In this document: piece after piece, positions 9,760-18,236 of the stretch | How positions within the stretch are numbered: the first letter of the stretch is position 1 | How the letters are laid out: each line of letters begins with the position of its first letter | From: an uncultured Acidimicrobiales bacterium | GTDB taxonomy: Bacteria; Actinomycetota; Acidimicrobiia; Acidimicrobiales; UBA10347 | Reading direction: 5' to 3' | DNA length: 24,903 nt | NCBI GenBank assembly: GCA_943788915.1 | Contig: CALSSD010000009.1 | Coordinates: forward strand, 186,001-210,903 | Notes under the pieces: model-generated | What the model was told of the DNA's origin: nothing | What the model saw: the letters and a program-made list of their open reading frames with translations, nothing else | Databases searched by the model: none | Program-made: the position numbers and the translations under genes

Positions 9760-11042
9760 CTGGACTTCGTCGCGGCCTCGGCCGTCGCAGCAGCGATCGA
9801 GCTGTACACACCAACACCGGCGCCAGCCAAGAGCGCAGCGCCGAGACAGGTGGCTTCGGCCACGTCTGGCACCTCGATCGGGCGACCACCGATCAATTGT
9901 TTTCGATCCATCAACCACTGGATACGAGTGCCGCCCCCCGTGGCTATGTGTTCAATACGGCTCGACCGATCAGGGTCAGCGGCCCAGACCATCTTCTCAA
10001 AGAGTGCTTGGCCATCGATCGCGAGCGACTCGATCATTGTTTGTTCCGGGCCCGGCTGCTCGGCTGCTGCCAGATAGTCGTCGAACTCGACATTGAGTTC
10101 AGCCCGATGAGCGTCGATACGTCCCGCTCCGTCACCGGTGCCCGTCATCACGTAGGTCAAACCGGGTACAACATGCACACCCTGATTCAGCTCATCGGGC
10201 CACAACCGTCCGGTCGTGTCAGGTTCACGTCGCGCCAGAAAGAACGCCTCGGCGGTGCCGATGGAATCCAGGATGACACCGGGTCCTGACACACCAAGCG
10301 CCAATGCGGCACAGACGTGGTCTTGTCCACCTCGGATGATCGGCACACCTGTTGGCAGGCCAGTCGCTGCAGCCGCCTCGTCATGGAGCACGCCGACATG
10401 GGTGCCGGCAGGAACGAGCTCAGCGAGAAGCTCATGCCGAATGTCGATTGCCTCGAGCAACTCAGCGGACCAACGACGCTCGACCAGGTCGAGTACCAAC
10501 GTACGCGATGCAAGCGAGTAGTCAGTCGTCAGCGAACCACACAACCGGAACTCGGCGTAGTCGCCTACGTTGAGCCAGTGCCGGCCAGCTGCGTAGGCAT
10601 CGGGTTCGTTGTCACGAATCCACATGAGCTTGGGCATGCCAAACATCGGATGCGGAACTACACCACACACGGCCGCGGTGGCATCGGAGCCAACGTGTTC
10701 CCGCCACCAGTCGATCTGGGGATCGGTGCGATAGTCGAACCACGGGATGATCGGGTAGGTCGGCTGTAGGTTGGAGTCGAGCAACACGCCAGACTCCGCC
10801 ATCGACGTGCACCCGAGTGCAATTGGCTCGACCTTCAACTCACCGAGCTGCGCAGCGACGGACGACAGCACCGAAGCACACACTGTCCACAGCAGCTCAG
10901 GGTCATAGTCAGCATGGCCATTGGCATGGTGCCGAGTTGGTGTTGCTTCGATAGCTTTGGCCAGCTCGTGGCCACCAGGCGAAAAGGCGATCGCCTTGAC
11001 GCCAGTTGTGCCGATATCGAGGCCAATCAGCGCCTGGTTCAA
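9756..11042 (-). CDS. FGGY-family carbohydrate kinase (substrate unknown)
   Basis: LIGLDIGTTGVKA, PIIPWFDYRT, PKLMWIRDNEP, TDYSLASRT, GGQDHVCAALALG, DSIGTAE, TGGG, EATCLGAALLAG; TTG start overlaps the upstream stop. Confidence 0.9.
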   Translation of the reverse strand: MNQALIGLDIGTTGVKAIAFSPGGHELAKAIEATPTRHHANGHADYDPELLWTVCASVLSSVAAQLGELKVEPIALGCTSMAESGVLLDSNLQPTYPIIPWFDYRTDPQIDWWREHVGSDATAAVCGVVPHPMFGMPKLMWIRDNEPDAYAAGRHWLNVGDYAEFRLCGSLTTDYSLASRTLVLDLVERRWSAELLEAIDIRHELLAELVPAGTHVGVLHDEAAAATGLPTGVPIIRGGQDHVCAALALGVSGPGVILDSIGTAEAFFLARREPDTTGRLWPDELNQGVHVVPGLTYVMTGTGDGAGRIDAHRAELNVEFDDYLAAAEQPGPEQTMIESLAIDGQALFEKMVWAADPDRSSRIEHIATGGGTRIQWLMDRKQLIGGRPIEVPDVAEATCLGAALLAGAGVGVYSSIAAATAEAATKSS

Positions 11043-11653
11043 GCGCGGATCCAGAACTCGTCGCCGACAGCGATGTCGACTGGTTCGGTGTGCTCAGCCA
11101 GACCAACGATGAAACCCCGCATGCCATCATCGAGGAACGCCCGATGAGGCGCAACGTTGTCCTCCGACGTCAGCTGATCACCGAGCAGGTACCGGGTGAA
11201 CGGGATACAGGGCTTGGCTACCTCGGCGTCAACCAAGTCGATGATGCGATCACCCCGACGGATCTGCACGCCACCACCAACCTGACCGAGCGAGATGATC
11301 TCATCGCATTCCACGATGATGTCTTCGGCGGCACATCCCATCGGCGCAGTGCCAAAGTGTTCAACCATGGCGTCGTAGTGGCTGGTGAAGCCAAATGACA
11401 ACAGCCGATGCGGCAGATACGTGCGGTGTTTCTCGGTGGTGCCGATCGTGCGAGTCGGATGAAGACGATGGTGTGCCTGCAAGATCGCTTGTTCATCGAC
11501 CAGTCCCACGACACCATCGGGGCTCAGCCACAACGAGTCGACCTCGGTCAGCAGTTCGTCTCGGTACACACCGTCGTGAATCATGCGATCCGTGTGGATC
11601 TGACACAACACGATCGAACCAAGTTTCTTCCACTGACCAGTCGTGTCATCCAT
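11039..11653 (-). CDS. Hypothetical protein with weak MOSC/YiiM-like features
   Basis: Start placed at ATG 11653 because minus-strand TACGAT lies 6 nt upstream. GCAAEDIIVE and VAKPCIPF resemble the MOSC motifs GxxGENI and PxxPC; C-terminal RGF...IAVGD also fits. Confidence 0.55.
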   Translation of the reverse strand: MDDTTGQWKKLGSIVLCQIHTDRMIHDGVYRDELLTEVDSLWLSPDGVVGLVDEQAILQAHHRLHPTRTIGTTEKHRTYLPHRLLSFGFTSHYDAMVEHFGTAPMGCAAEDIIVECDEIISLGQVGGGVQIRRGDRIIDLVDAEVAKPCIPFTRYLLGDQLTSEDNVAPHRAFLDDGMRGFIVGLAEHTEPVDIAVGDEFWIRA

Positions 11654-11665
11654 CGTTAGATCGTA
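11654..11665 (-). promoter_or_regulatory. Putative leaderless -10 element
   Basis: TACGAT (11665-11660) + 6 nt + ATG 11653. Confidence 0.5.
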
Positions 11666-11754
11666 CGAGATCCAGAGCTTCTCGACGTCGACGGCCAGTT
11701 GGGCACGACCACGAAAGATGAAGCTTGCCAAAGGCCATGTGCCCGTTCCCTTTA

Positions 11755-13860
11755 TCAACCAACCCGTGCTCGGGCGGCTGCGGGAGTTTCGGCCATCTTG
11801 CCTCTGGCAACGGCTTCTTTACGCATGAGCTTGACCGGCACATCGATGGCGTCACCCGGCGGCAAGACATCGGCGGGATACAGCGCAACCTGTTGTTTGT
11901 TGGCGATCCGACCTCCGTCCATATCCAATCCACGAGCGTTCGTGCCTTTTGTTGGCTCCACGGCTCGCCCGTCGGTCCATTCGAGGTCCCACCACCACTT
12001 TTTGATGGTGTTGATGGCGCCGTTGCCAACCTTGTCATCGAGTTTGGCGATGAAACTACGAGTGAACGGCAATCGGATTGCCGCCCACAACACCGCCCGT
12101 TCTGCAAGCACGCCTTCGGTGTTGAACGGGCATGTCTTCATGCACCGACCGCACGCCGCACCCTTCTGGTTACCCAACCGGTATTTGGTGCACTTTTCGA
12201 CGTCGGGTTTCCACATCTCGGCGCCATTGAACATGATCTTGTCGCCAAAGGGAATCGCACCACAAGGACATTCGCGGGCGCACTTGGTGCACTTCGAGCA
12301 GAAGTCTTGCAGCCCGAAATCGACATGTCTGTCCGCAACGATCGGCATGTCGGTCGTCACCACAACCGACTTGAACCGCGGACCAACAAAGGGGTTCAGA
12401 ACCAGCTCACCGATACGACTGAGCTCCCCCAACCCCGCGTGCAATACCAGCGGGACATGAAGCACGTCGCTGTCGCGATTGGTCTGACTGCGGGCGCTCC
12501 AGCCCAGTGACCGAATGTGCTCGGCAACGACGCCTGCGATCTGGGCTCCCCGCATATATGCACGCATGGATTGAGCGCCACTGACCCAGTCGTCGCCGCT
12601 TGCACCTTCCATGGTCTCGTAACCCTGATCCAGCAAGATGACGACGGCGTTGTGGTGATACGGCTCGATCACGGTGCCATCGCCCTTGTGCGAATACCAC
12701 GCATAGGTCGGCACCTTGCACAGCCCAACCATGTCGCCACCCAGGTGATACGCCAACGCCTTGAGCGCGTCGCTGTTCGTCGTTGCATCGAGCGTGCTTG
12801 CATGTGGCTCTGCCGCCACCGGGCCATCCTGGTGCTCGACCATGGCCATGATCTTCTGCCGGTAACTCTGTGCCTGCGGTGTCTTGTACGCGAAGACCTT
12901 GACGTCCTCCTTGAACTTCGGCCCCATGTCGCCGTGCGCCGCTCTAGGAAACCCCCCGGCTCGCACCGGCACACGGGGAACCTCGTTCTCGATGATCAGC
13001 GTGGTTGGCTCGTCAACGCGTTTGATCTTCTCCATGGGATGCCGACCCATGTGGAGTGGCCGGCGATCGCCGTTCAGCCACGGAGACCCGCCTCGCACAC
13101 CGCCTCGGCCAAACAGCCATCCTGCGCTCCGGGTGGTTCGCAGTTCGTCGACCATCGACCGATCGGCCAGCGGTGCGTCGGGAGCGATCTCCATCTCGGT
13201 ACTCACCACCGATAGAGCGAAGCCGCCCGGCAGGAATGGCGCTCGTAGCGTCGTGTCGTCGATCTCGACGAGCCCGGCCTGCAGCGCCACTCGGGCGATG
13301 TCGAGACTGTTCGCCGTCGGAGTGTGTGCCGTGGCGTCGAAACCGAGATTGCGGATGTAGTCGGCAGTGATAACCGCAAGTTCGGCGGCTCGCAGATCGG
13401 CGGACGCCTGCCGAGTGCCGTTCACCCAGTCGTCACCGGGTTGAGAAGATGGGAGTGAACGACTGAACGCCACCAGCACGACGATCGCCCAATCATGGGA
13501 CAGGCAACTATCGGTCCATGCCTCGGCGGGGATCACTCCAGCGCCGACCATGTCGGCGTCGAGAAAGTAGCAACCAGACTTCAGATGATTCGCCCGCTCA
13601 ACCGGATCTTCGGGAATGGGCGCTAGCGGCGACACGTCACCGGACACGTGTGCGTCGAACAGATCGACGTAGGCGCTGAGCGCATGGGCAGCACCGAGGG
13701 GACCCTGGCGATCGCGTTCAGATGGCGAGGCCGGCACTCCACCCCGTCGATCAGCCGCCAGGCCGATGGGTGTTGCTGCCGGATCGGCGAGCCGAGGCAA
13801 TGTTTCCAACGGAAATGCCCCCAGGTGCACCGGTCGCTTCTTGTGCGAGAACAGCTTCAT
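11755..13860 (-). CDS. rdhA: Catabolic (non-respiratory) cobalamin- and Fe-S-dependent reductive dehalogenase, NpRdhA/BhbA type
   Basis: Two Fe-S motifs, CSKCTKCARECP and C-x12-CGRCMKTCP. Core segments DQGYETMEGASGDDW, QSMRAYMRG, AGLGELSRIG, LNPFVGPRFKS. Internally duplicated domain (RPVHLGAFPLE / RPLHMGRHPME; YFLDADMVG / YHLGGDMVG). No Tat signal and no adjacent rdhB. Confidence 0.92.
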   Translation of the reverse strand: MKLFSHKKRPVHLGAFPLETLPRLADPAATPIGLAADRRGGVPASPSERDRQGPLGAAHALSAYVDLFDAHVSGDVSPLAPIPEDPVERANHLKSGCYFLDADMVGAGVIPAEAWTDSCLSHDWAIVVLVAFSRSLPSSQPGDDWVNGTRQASADLRAAELAVITADYIRNLGFDATAHTPTANSLDIARVALQAGLVEIDDTTLRAPFLPGGFALSVVSTEMEIAPDAPLADRSMVDELRTTRSAGWLFGRGGVRGGSPWLNGDRRPLHMGRHPMEKIKRVDEPTTLIIENEVPRVPVRAGGFPRAAHGDMGPKFKEDVKVFAYKTPQAQSYRQKIMAMVEHQDGPVAAEPHASTLDATTNSDALKALAYHLGGDMVGLCKVPTYAWYSHKGDGTVIEPYHHNAVVILLDQGYETMEGASGDDWVSGAQSMRAYMRGAQIAGVVAEHIRSLGWSARSQTNRDSDVLHVPLVLHAGLGELSRIGELVLNPFVGPRFKSVVVTTDMPIVADRHVDFGLQDFCSKCTKCARECPCGAIPFGDKIMFNGAEMWKPDVEKCTKYRLGNQKGAACGRCMKTCPFNTEGVLAERAVLWAAIRLPFTRSFIAKLDDKVGNGAINTIKKWWWDLEWTDGRAVEPTKGTNARGLDMDGGRIANKQQVALYPADVLPPGDAIDVPVKLMRKEAVARGKMAETPAAARARVG

Positions 13861-13869
13861 GGGCTGAAC

Positions 13870-14730
13870 CTAGTCCCCCGGAGTCAGCTCGGCCTCGGTT
13901 GATTTCCACCATGCCATCGCTGGTCCCCGCAGCCGGGTCCTCAGCTCACCGAATCGCTGTGCCGCTGCGACACCAGGCCAACTCGCCGGAAGAAGCTCAG
14001 CTGGCAGATCAGGGTCAAGCAGCGGGAACCGACGCCATTGGTGCACGAGCCCGGTGAGCTCAGCCACTGCCGCCAGGCCGCTGCTGGACTGCCCGTCGAG
14101 CAGTTCGACGTCGGCAAGGAACCGGGTATAGGCCTGGCGAAGCTCGGGAAGGTCCCACGCTTGTGCCACCAGCCCGGTCGGCGATCCAAGGTTGCCGACC
14201 TCTGCACGAAACGAGGTTGCCTCTACCCCGAGACCGTTGAGCAACTCGACGGCGGTGCCCTCCTGGCCGAGCCACGGTGAGAGCCAGGTGCCGTTACCGA
14301 GCGTGCCAAATCCAGCCCACCCCAGGCCGTTCGCCATCGCGTAGCGCAGATGGCGATCTCGTTCCGGAACACTGGCGAGCAGCACGATCCATCGACCATC
14401 CCACTGTCGAGTGGTTGCGCCAAAGGAGTAGATCCGCTCGGCACCTGATTCGAGCACCGTGCGAGCGTAAGGCGACAACGACCAACGGGTTTGCCGTCCG
14501 ACCTTTGTGCGATCCAACCAGCCTCCCTCGTCCATCCGAGCGAGGGCCTGTCGAGCTGCCTTGTCACGGATACCCAACGACTCGGCCGCGGCAACGATGG
14601 TCTTTGTCCACGCACTGCCGCCCGACGGCAATACGAACTCGCCCAGCAACGTCAGCAGCAGGGCTCGGCTCGAGTCGACGGCCGCAGAGCCATCGCGATT
14701 GGTACCGAGTAGTTGTTCATGGGCGAGCAT
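13870..14730 (-). CDS. paaX: PaaX-family transcriptional regulator
   Basis: SSRALLLTLLGEFV...AARQALARM winged helix, WDGRW, RIY, AWDLPEL, WRRFPLLDPDLPAELLPASWPG (PaaX C-terminus). Family-level call only. Confidence 0.9.
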   Translation of the reverse strand: MLAHEQLLGTNRDGSAAVDSSRALLLTLLGEFVLPSGGSAWTKTIVAAAESLGIRDKAARQALARMDEGGWLDRTKVGRQTRWSLSPYARTVLESGAERIYSFGATTRQWDGRWIVLLASVPERDRHLRYAMANGLGWAGFGTLGNGTWLSPWLGQEGTAVELLNGLGVEATSFRAEVGNLGSPTGLVAQAWDLPELRQAYTRFLADVELLDGQSSSGLAAVAELTGLVHQWRRFPLLDPDLPAELLPASWPGVAAAQRFGELRTRLRGPAMAWWKSTEAELTPGD

Positions 14731-14804
14731 GATGTTCTACATCTGACTGGCGAGTCAACAGAAAGCTGTAGTATAACTATCCCGTCGACCTCCGGGGGAA
14801 ATCA
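14731..14804. promoter_or_regulatory. Divergent paaX/boxC promoter region with candidate operators
   Basis: 74-bp spacer, AT-richer than the flanks. Palindrome TGACT-GGCG-AGTCA (14744-14757); widely spaced inverted pair CTACA-N25-TGTAG (14737-14771); TAGTAT at 14769-14774; GGGGGAA RBS before GTG 14805. Confidence 0.55.
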
Positions 14805-16475
14805 GTGTTCATCGACTTCGCAACCCAACCCAGTGCCTATCGGCATTGGACGCTCGATGTCGATGGTTCCGTCGCAACGGTGACCATGTCGGTCGATCCC
14901 ACCGCTGGGCTACGCGATGACTACCAACTGAAGACCAACTCCTACGACTTGGGCGTAGACATCGAACTCCATGATCTAGCGCAACGGTTGCGGTTCGAAC
15001 ATCCCTGCGTAAAGGTGGTTGTCGTCACCGGTGGTCTCGACAAGATCTTCTGTGCCGGCGCGAACATCCAGATGCTGGCTGGCGCCACCCACGAACACAA
15101 GGTGAACTTCTGCAAGTTCACCAACGAAACCCGCAACGGCATCGAGGATTCCACCGCCAACTCCAAACAGACATGGATCGCAGCCGTCAACGGCACCGCT
15201 GCTGGTGGCGGTTACGAACTGGCCTTGGCCTGCGACGAGATCCTGTTGATCGACGACCGATCGTCTTCGGTGTCACTTCCCGAGATTCCGCTGCTGGCAG
15301 TACTGCCAGGCACAGGCGGCTTGACTCGGGTCGTCGAGAAGCGCCATGTGCGCCGCGATCTTGCCGACGCCTTCTCCACTCGCACTGAGGGTGTCCGAGG
15401 ACAGACGGCGCTCGACTGGAATCTCGTCGATTACATCGCCCCTGGCAGTTCGTTCGATGAACTCGTCTCGACACGAGTAGCTGTTCGCCTTGCAGACTCC
15501 GACCGACCTGATCGTGGTGCCGGTGTTGCACTCACCCCATTGGAACGCACGCTCGAACCCGACTCGATTGTCTATGGGTCTACAAGTCCCGGATCGGTAC
15601 AGGTAATCATCGATCGAGACTTGGGCACGGCCACCATCAACATCGCTGCGCCAACGGAACCGCAGCCCACAACGGGAGCTGCACTGGTTTCGGCCGGCGA
15701 TCAGAACTGGCTGCTGCGTGCGGCACGCGAACTCGACGACGCCATTCTCCACCTGCGCTTCAACGAGGTATCGATCGGCACATGGGTATTCACCACGACC
15801 GGCGACCCCGATGCCGTGGCGCAAGCCGAAGCAGTGTTCAGCCAGGAAGCCGACCACTGGCTGGTGCGCGAGATTCACCTGTTCTGGACCCGAGTGCTCA
15901 AGCGCCTCGATGTGTCTGCCCGCACGCTCATGACCACGGTCGAGCCAGGTAGCTGTTTCGCCGGCGTGCTGGCCGAACTCGTGCTCGTTGCCGATCGCAG
16001 CTTCATGCTCGAAGGCACGTGGGAGGATGACGACGATCCTCCGCCGCCGGCAACGATCCGGCTGGCCGAAACAAACACGGTGTTCCCGATGGGTAATGGC
16101 CTGACACGTCTGCAGACACGCTTCTGGCAGCGCCCCGACGCACTCGCCAAAGCACTCGCCGCAGTCGACACCGACCTCGATGCTGCAGCTGCCGCCGAGA
16201 CCGAACTGGTCACGTTCACGCCCGATGATCTGGATTGGCACGACGAACTGCGCGTCGCCTACGAGGAACGCAACAGCTTCTCGCCCGATGCCCTAACCGG
16301 CATGGAAGCCAACTACCGCTTCGTTGGACCCGAAACCATGGAGACCAAGATCTTCTCTCGGTTATCTGCGTGGCAAAACTGGATCTTCCAACGCCCCAAC
16401 GCGGTTGGGCCCGACGGAGCATTGCAACGTTTCGGCACCGGGTCCCGCCCCACATTCGACAACCGGAGAGTATGA
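14805..16475 (+). CDS. boxC: 2,3-epoxybenzoyl-CoA dihydrolase BoxC (double crotonase fold)
   Basis: YRHW, NSYDLGVDIEL.D..QRLRFEHP, FCAGANIQML, HKVNFCKFTNETRN, GGGYELALACD, LLAVLPGTGGLTRV, SPDALTGMEAN.RF.GPETMETKIF.RLSAWQNWIFQRPNAVG. Confidence 0.96.
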   Translation: MFIDFATQPSAYRHWTLDVDGSVATVTMSVDPTAGLRDDYQLKTNSYDLGVDIELHDLAQRLRFEHPCVKVVVVTGGLDKIFCAGANIQMLAGATHEHKVNFCKFTNETRNGIEDSTANSKQTWIAAVNGTAAGGGYELALACDEILLIDDRSSSVSLPEIPLLAVLPGTGGLTRVVEKRHVRRDLADAFSTRTEGVRGQTALDWNLVDYIAPGSSFDELVSTRVAVRLADSDRPDRGAGVALTPLERTLEPDSIVYGSTSPGSVQVIIDRDLGTATINIAAPTEPQPTTGAALVSAGDQNWLLRAARELDDAILHLRFNEVSIGTWVFTTTGDPDAVAQAEAVFSQEADHWLVREIHLFWTRVLKRLDVSARTLMTTVEPGSCFAGVLAELVLVADRSFMLEGTWEDDDDPPPPATIRLAETNTVFPMGNGLTRLQTRFWQRPDALAKALAAVDTDLDAAAAAETELVTFTPDDLDWHDELRVAYEERNSFSPDALTGMEANYRFVGPETMETKIFSRLSAWQNWIFQRPNAVGPDGALQRFGTGSRPTFDNRRV

Positions 16476-17893
16476 CCATGGCTGTAGTCGATATCGACGC
16501 CAAGATCCCGAACAATGTCGGCCTGGCCGACGACCGACGGCTGCAACGGGCTCTCGAAGGGTGGCAGCCAAAGTTCATTCGTTGGTGGGAAGACCTGGGT
16601 CCTTCGGCGTTCCAGCGCAACCCAGTATTTCTCCGCACCGCTATCAGCGTGGGCCAAGAGGGCTGGGCAAACTTCGATCATGTCGAGATGCCCGACTACC
16701 GGTGGGGCATCTTCCTTGCCGACCAGGAACCGGATCGCAAGATCGCCTTCGGCGACCACAAGGGCCAAGATGTCTGGCAAGAAGTGCCAGGCGAATACCG
16801 ATCTGATCTGCGGCGACTCATCGTGGTGCAGGGCGACACCGAACCAGCGTCGGTCGAACAACAACGCCATCTAAGCCTGACGGCTCCATCGTTGTACGAC
16901 ATGCGCAACCTGTTCCAGGTCAATGTCGAAGAAGGCCGCCACCTGTGGGCCATGGTCTACTTGTTGCACCGTTACTTCGGTCGAGACGGCCGCGACGAAG
17001 CCGACGAGATGCTCGAGCGGCACTCTGGCGACGAGGACAAACCTCGCATCCTTGGTGCCTTCAACGAAGAAACACCCGACTGGTTGTCGTTCTTCATGTT
17101 CACCTATTTCACTGACCGAGACGGCAAGTATCAGCTGGCGTCGCTCCGCGAATCAGCATTCGACCCGCTGTCTCGCACCTGTGATTTCATGTTGAAGGAA
17201 GAGGCGTATCACATGTTCGTTGGTGCAACCGGCGTGGGCCGCGTCGTGCAACGAACCTTGGAACTGATGCGTGAACACGACACCGACGATGTCCAGCCAT
17301 TTGGTGGGCTCAATCTGGATCTGTTGCAGAAGTACGTGAACTTCCACTATTCGGTGTCACTGGACCTCTTCGGTTCAGAGACGTCGACGAACGCTGCCAA
17401 CTATTTCGGCGCTGGGATAAAGGGCCGATTTCAAGAGGAACGACGAGACGACGACCACAAGCTCAAGACCGTGTATCGCAACGTGCCCAACTTCGACGAA
17501 AACGGCGTGGGCACCCGCGAAGTCACCCAACTATCGGCACTCAATGAGACGCTGCGCGATGACTACGCCGAGGATTGCCAGAAGGGCATGGACCGGTGGA
17601 ATCGGGCGATTGATGAAGCTGGTGTCAACTTTGCACTGACGCTCCCCCACGTCGGGTTCAATCGCCAAGTTGGCACGTTCCGCGATGCCTACATCTCGCC
17701 GAATGGTACGTCCATCAGCGCAACCGAATGGGCTGCAAACGTCGGCCGATGGTTGCCCACCGATGCCGATCGGGCGTACGTGAAGTCGCTCATGGTCGGG
17801 GTTACCGAACTCGGCAAGATGGCCGGTTGGGTCGCCCCACCATCACGTGGCATTCATCAAAAACCCGTCGAGTACGACTACGTACAACTTTAG
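16472..17893 (+). CDS. boxB: Benzoyl-CoA 2,3-epoxidase diiron subunit BoxB
   Basis: ATGA overlap with boxC. KIPNNV, LRTAISV, MPDYRWGIFL, QGDTEPASVEQQ, NVEEGRHLWAM and EEAYH (two ExxH), DWLSFFMFTYFTDRDGKYQL. Confidence 0.97.
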   Translation: MTMAVVDIDAKIPNNVGLADDRRLQRALEGWQPKFIRWWEDLGPSAFQRNPVFLRTAISVGQEGWANFDHVEMPDYRWGIFLADQEPDRKIAFGDHKGQDVWQEVPGEYRSDLRRLIVVQGDTEPASVEQQRHLSLTAPSLYDMRNLFQVNVEEGRHLWAMVYLLHRYFGRDGRDEADEMLERHSGDEDKPRILGAFNEETPDWLSFFMFTYFTDRDGKYQLASLRESAFDPLSRTCDFMLKEEAYHMFVGATGVGRVVQRTLELMREHDTDDVQPFGGLNLDLLQKYVNFHYSVSLDLFGSETSTNAANYFGAGIKGRFQEERRDDDHKLKTVYRNVPNFDENGVGTREVTQLSALNETLRDDYAEDCQKGMDRWNRAIDEAGVNFALTLPHVGFNRQVGTFRDAYISPNGTSISATEWAANVGRWLPTDADRAYVKSLMVGVTELGKMAGWVAPPSRGIHQKPVEYDYVQL

Positions 17894-17908
17894 GCTCGTA
17901 GGAGTTAG

Positions 17909-17940
17909 CTCCTGGCCAGGAATCAAAATGCGGCCAGGAG
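17909..17940. terminator. Stem-loop between convergent boxB and the AhpD-like gene
   Basis: CTCCTGGCC (17909-17917) pairs with GGCCAGGAG (17932-17940); no U-tract. Confidence 0.55.
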
Positions 17941-18227
17941 TCAGCCAGCGTGGCGGTCGCCGATCCAACCGTTGCTGGCGATGACGGTTTCGCCAAAGTG
18001 GCGCGGGCCGTCTTCCAACGTTGTCGCCATGGTGTCGTTCCAGCGGTTGAGAAAACCAAAGAACGAACAGACAGCAACGATCGCAGTTAACTCGTCGTCG
18101 CTGAAGTGTTCCCGTGCGGCATCGAAGTCAGCGGGTGTTGCACAAAACCCATCATCTGCTCGACCATCTGGAAACCAGGTTCGAATTCGGCCAGGTCTTC
18201 CCGCGCAAGCGGTTCGATGTGTGCCAT
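17941..18227 (-). pseudogene. AhpD/carboxymuconolactone-decarboxylase-like gene with an internal out-of-frame deletion
   Basis: Not in the ORF track. ATG 18227 gives MAHIEPLAREDLAEFEPGFQMVEQMMGFV; from about 18140 another frame gives TPADFDAAREHFSDDELTAIVAVCSFFGFLNRWNDTMATTLE...GWIGDRHAG*. The central CxxC..H region typical of the family is absent. Confidence 0.7.
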
Positions 18228-18236
18228 GCGTATCGC

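Noticed and set aside
11654..11758. TTG start at 11758 coupling the MOSC-like gene to rdhA
   Set aside because: ATG 11653 with a correctly spaced -10 is more convincing; coupling is not fully excluded.
11755..13860. Epoxyqueuosine reductase QueG or respiratory RdhA
   Set aside because: Length, internal duplication and core motifs fit the catabolic RdhA class; no Tat signal or rdhB anchor gene.
13861..14804. Cobalamin riboswitch controlling rdhA
   Set aside because: Only 9 bp separate paaX and rdhA, the 74-bp spacer is too short, and no B12-box is visible.
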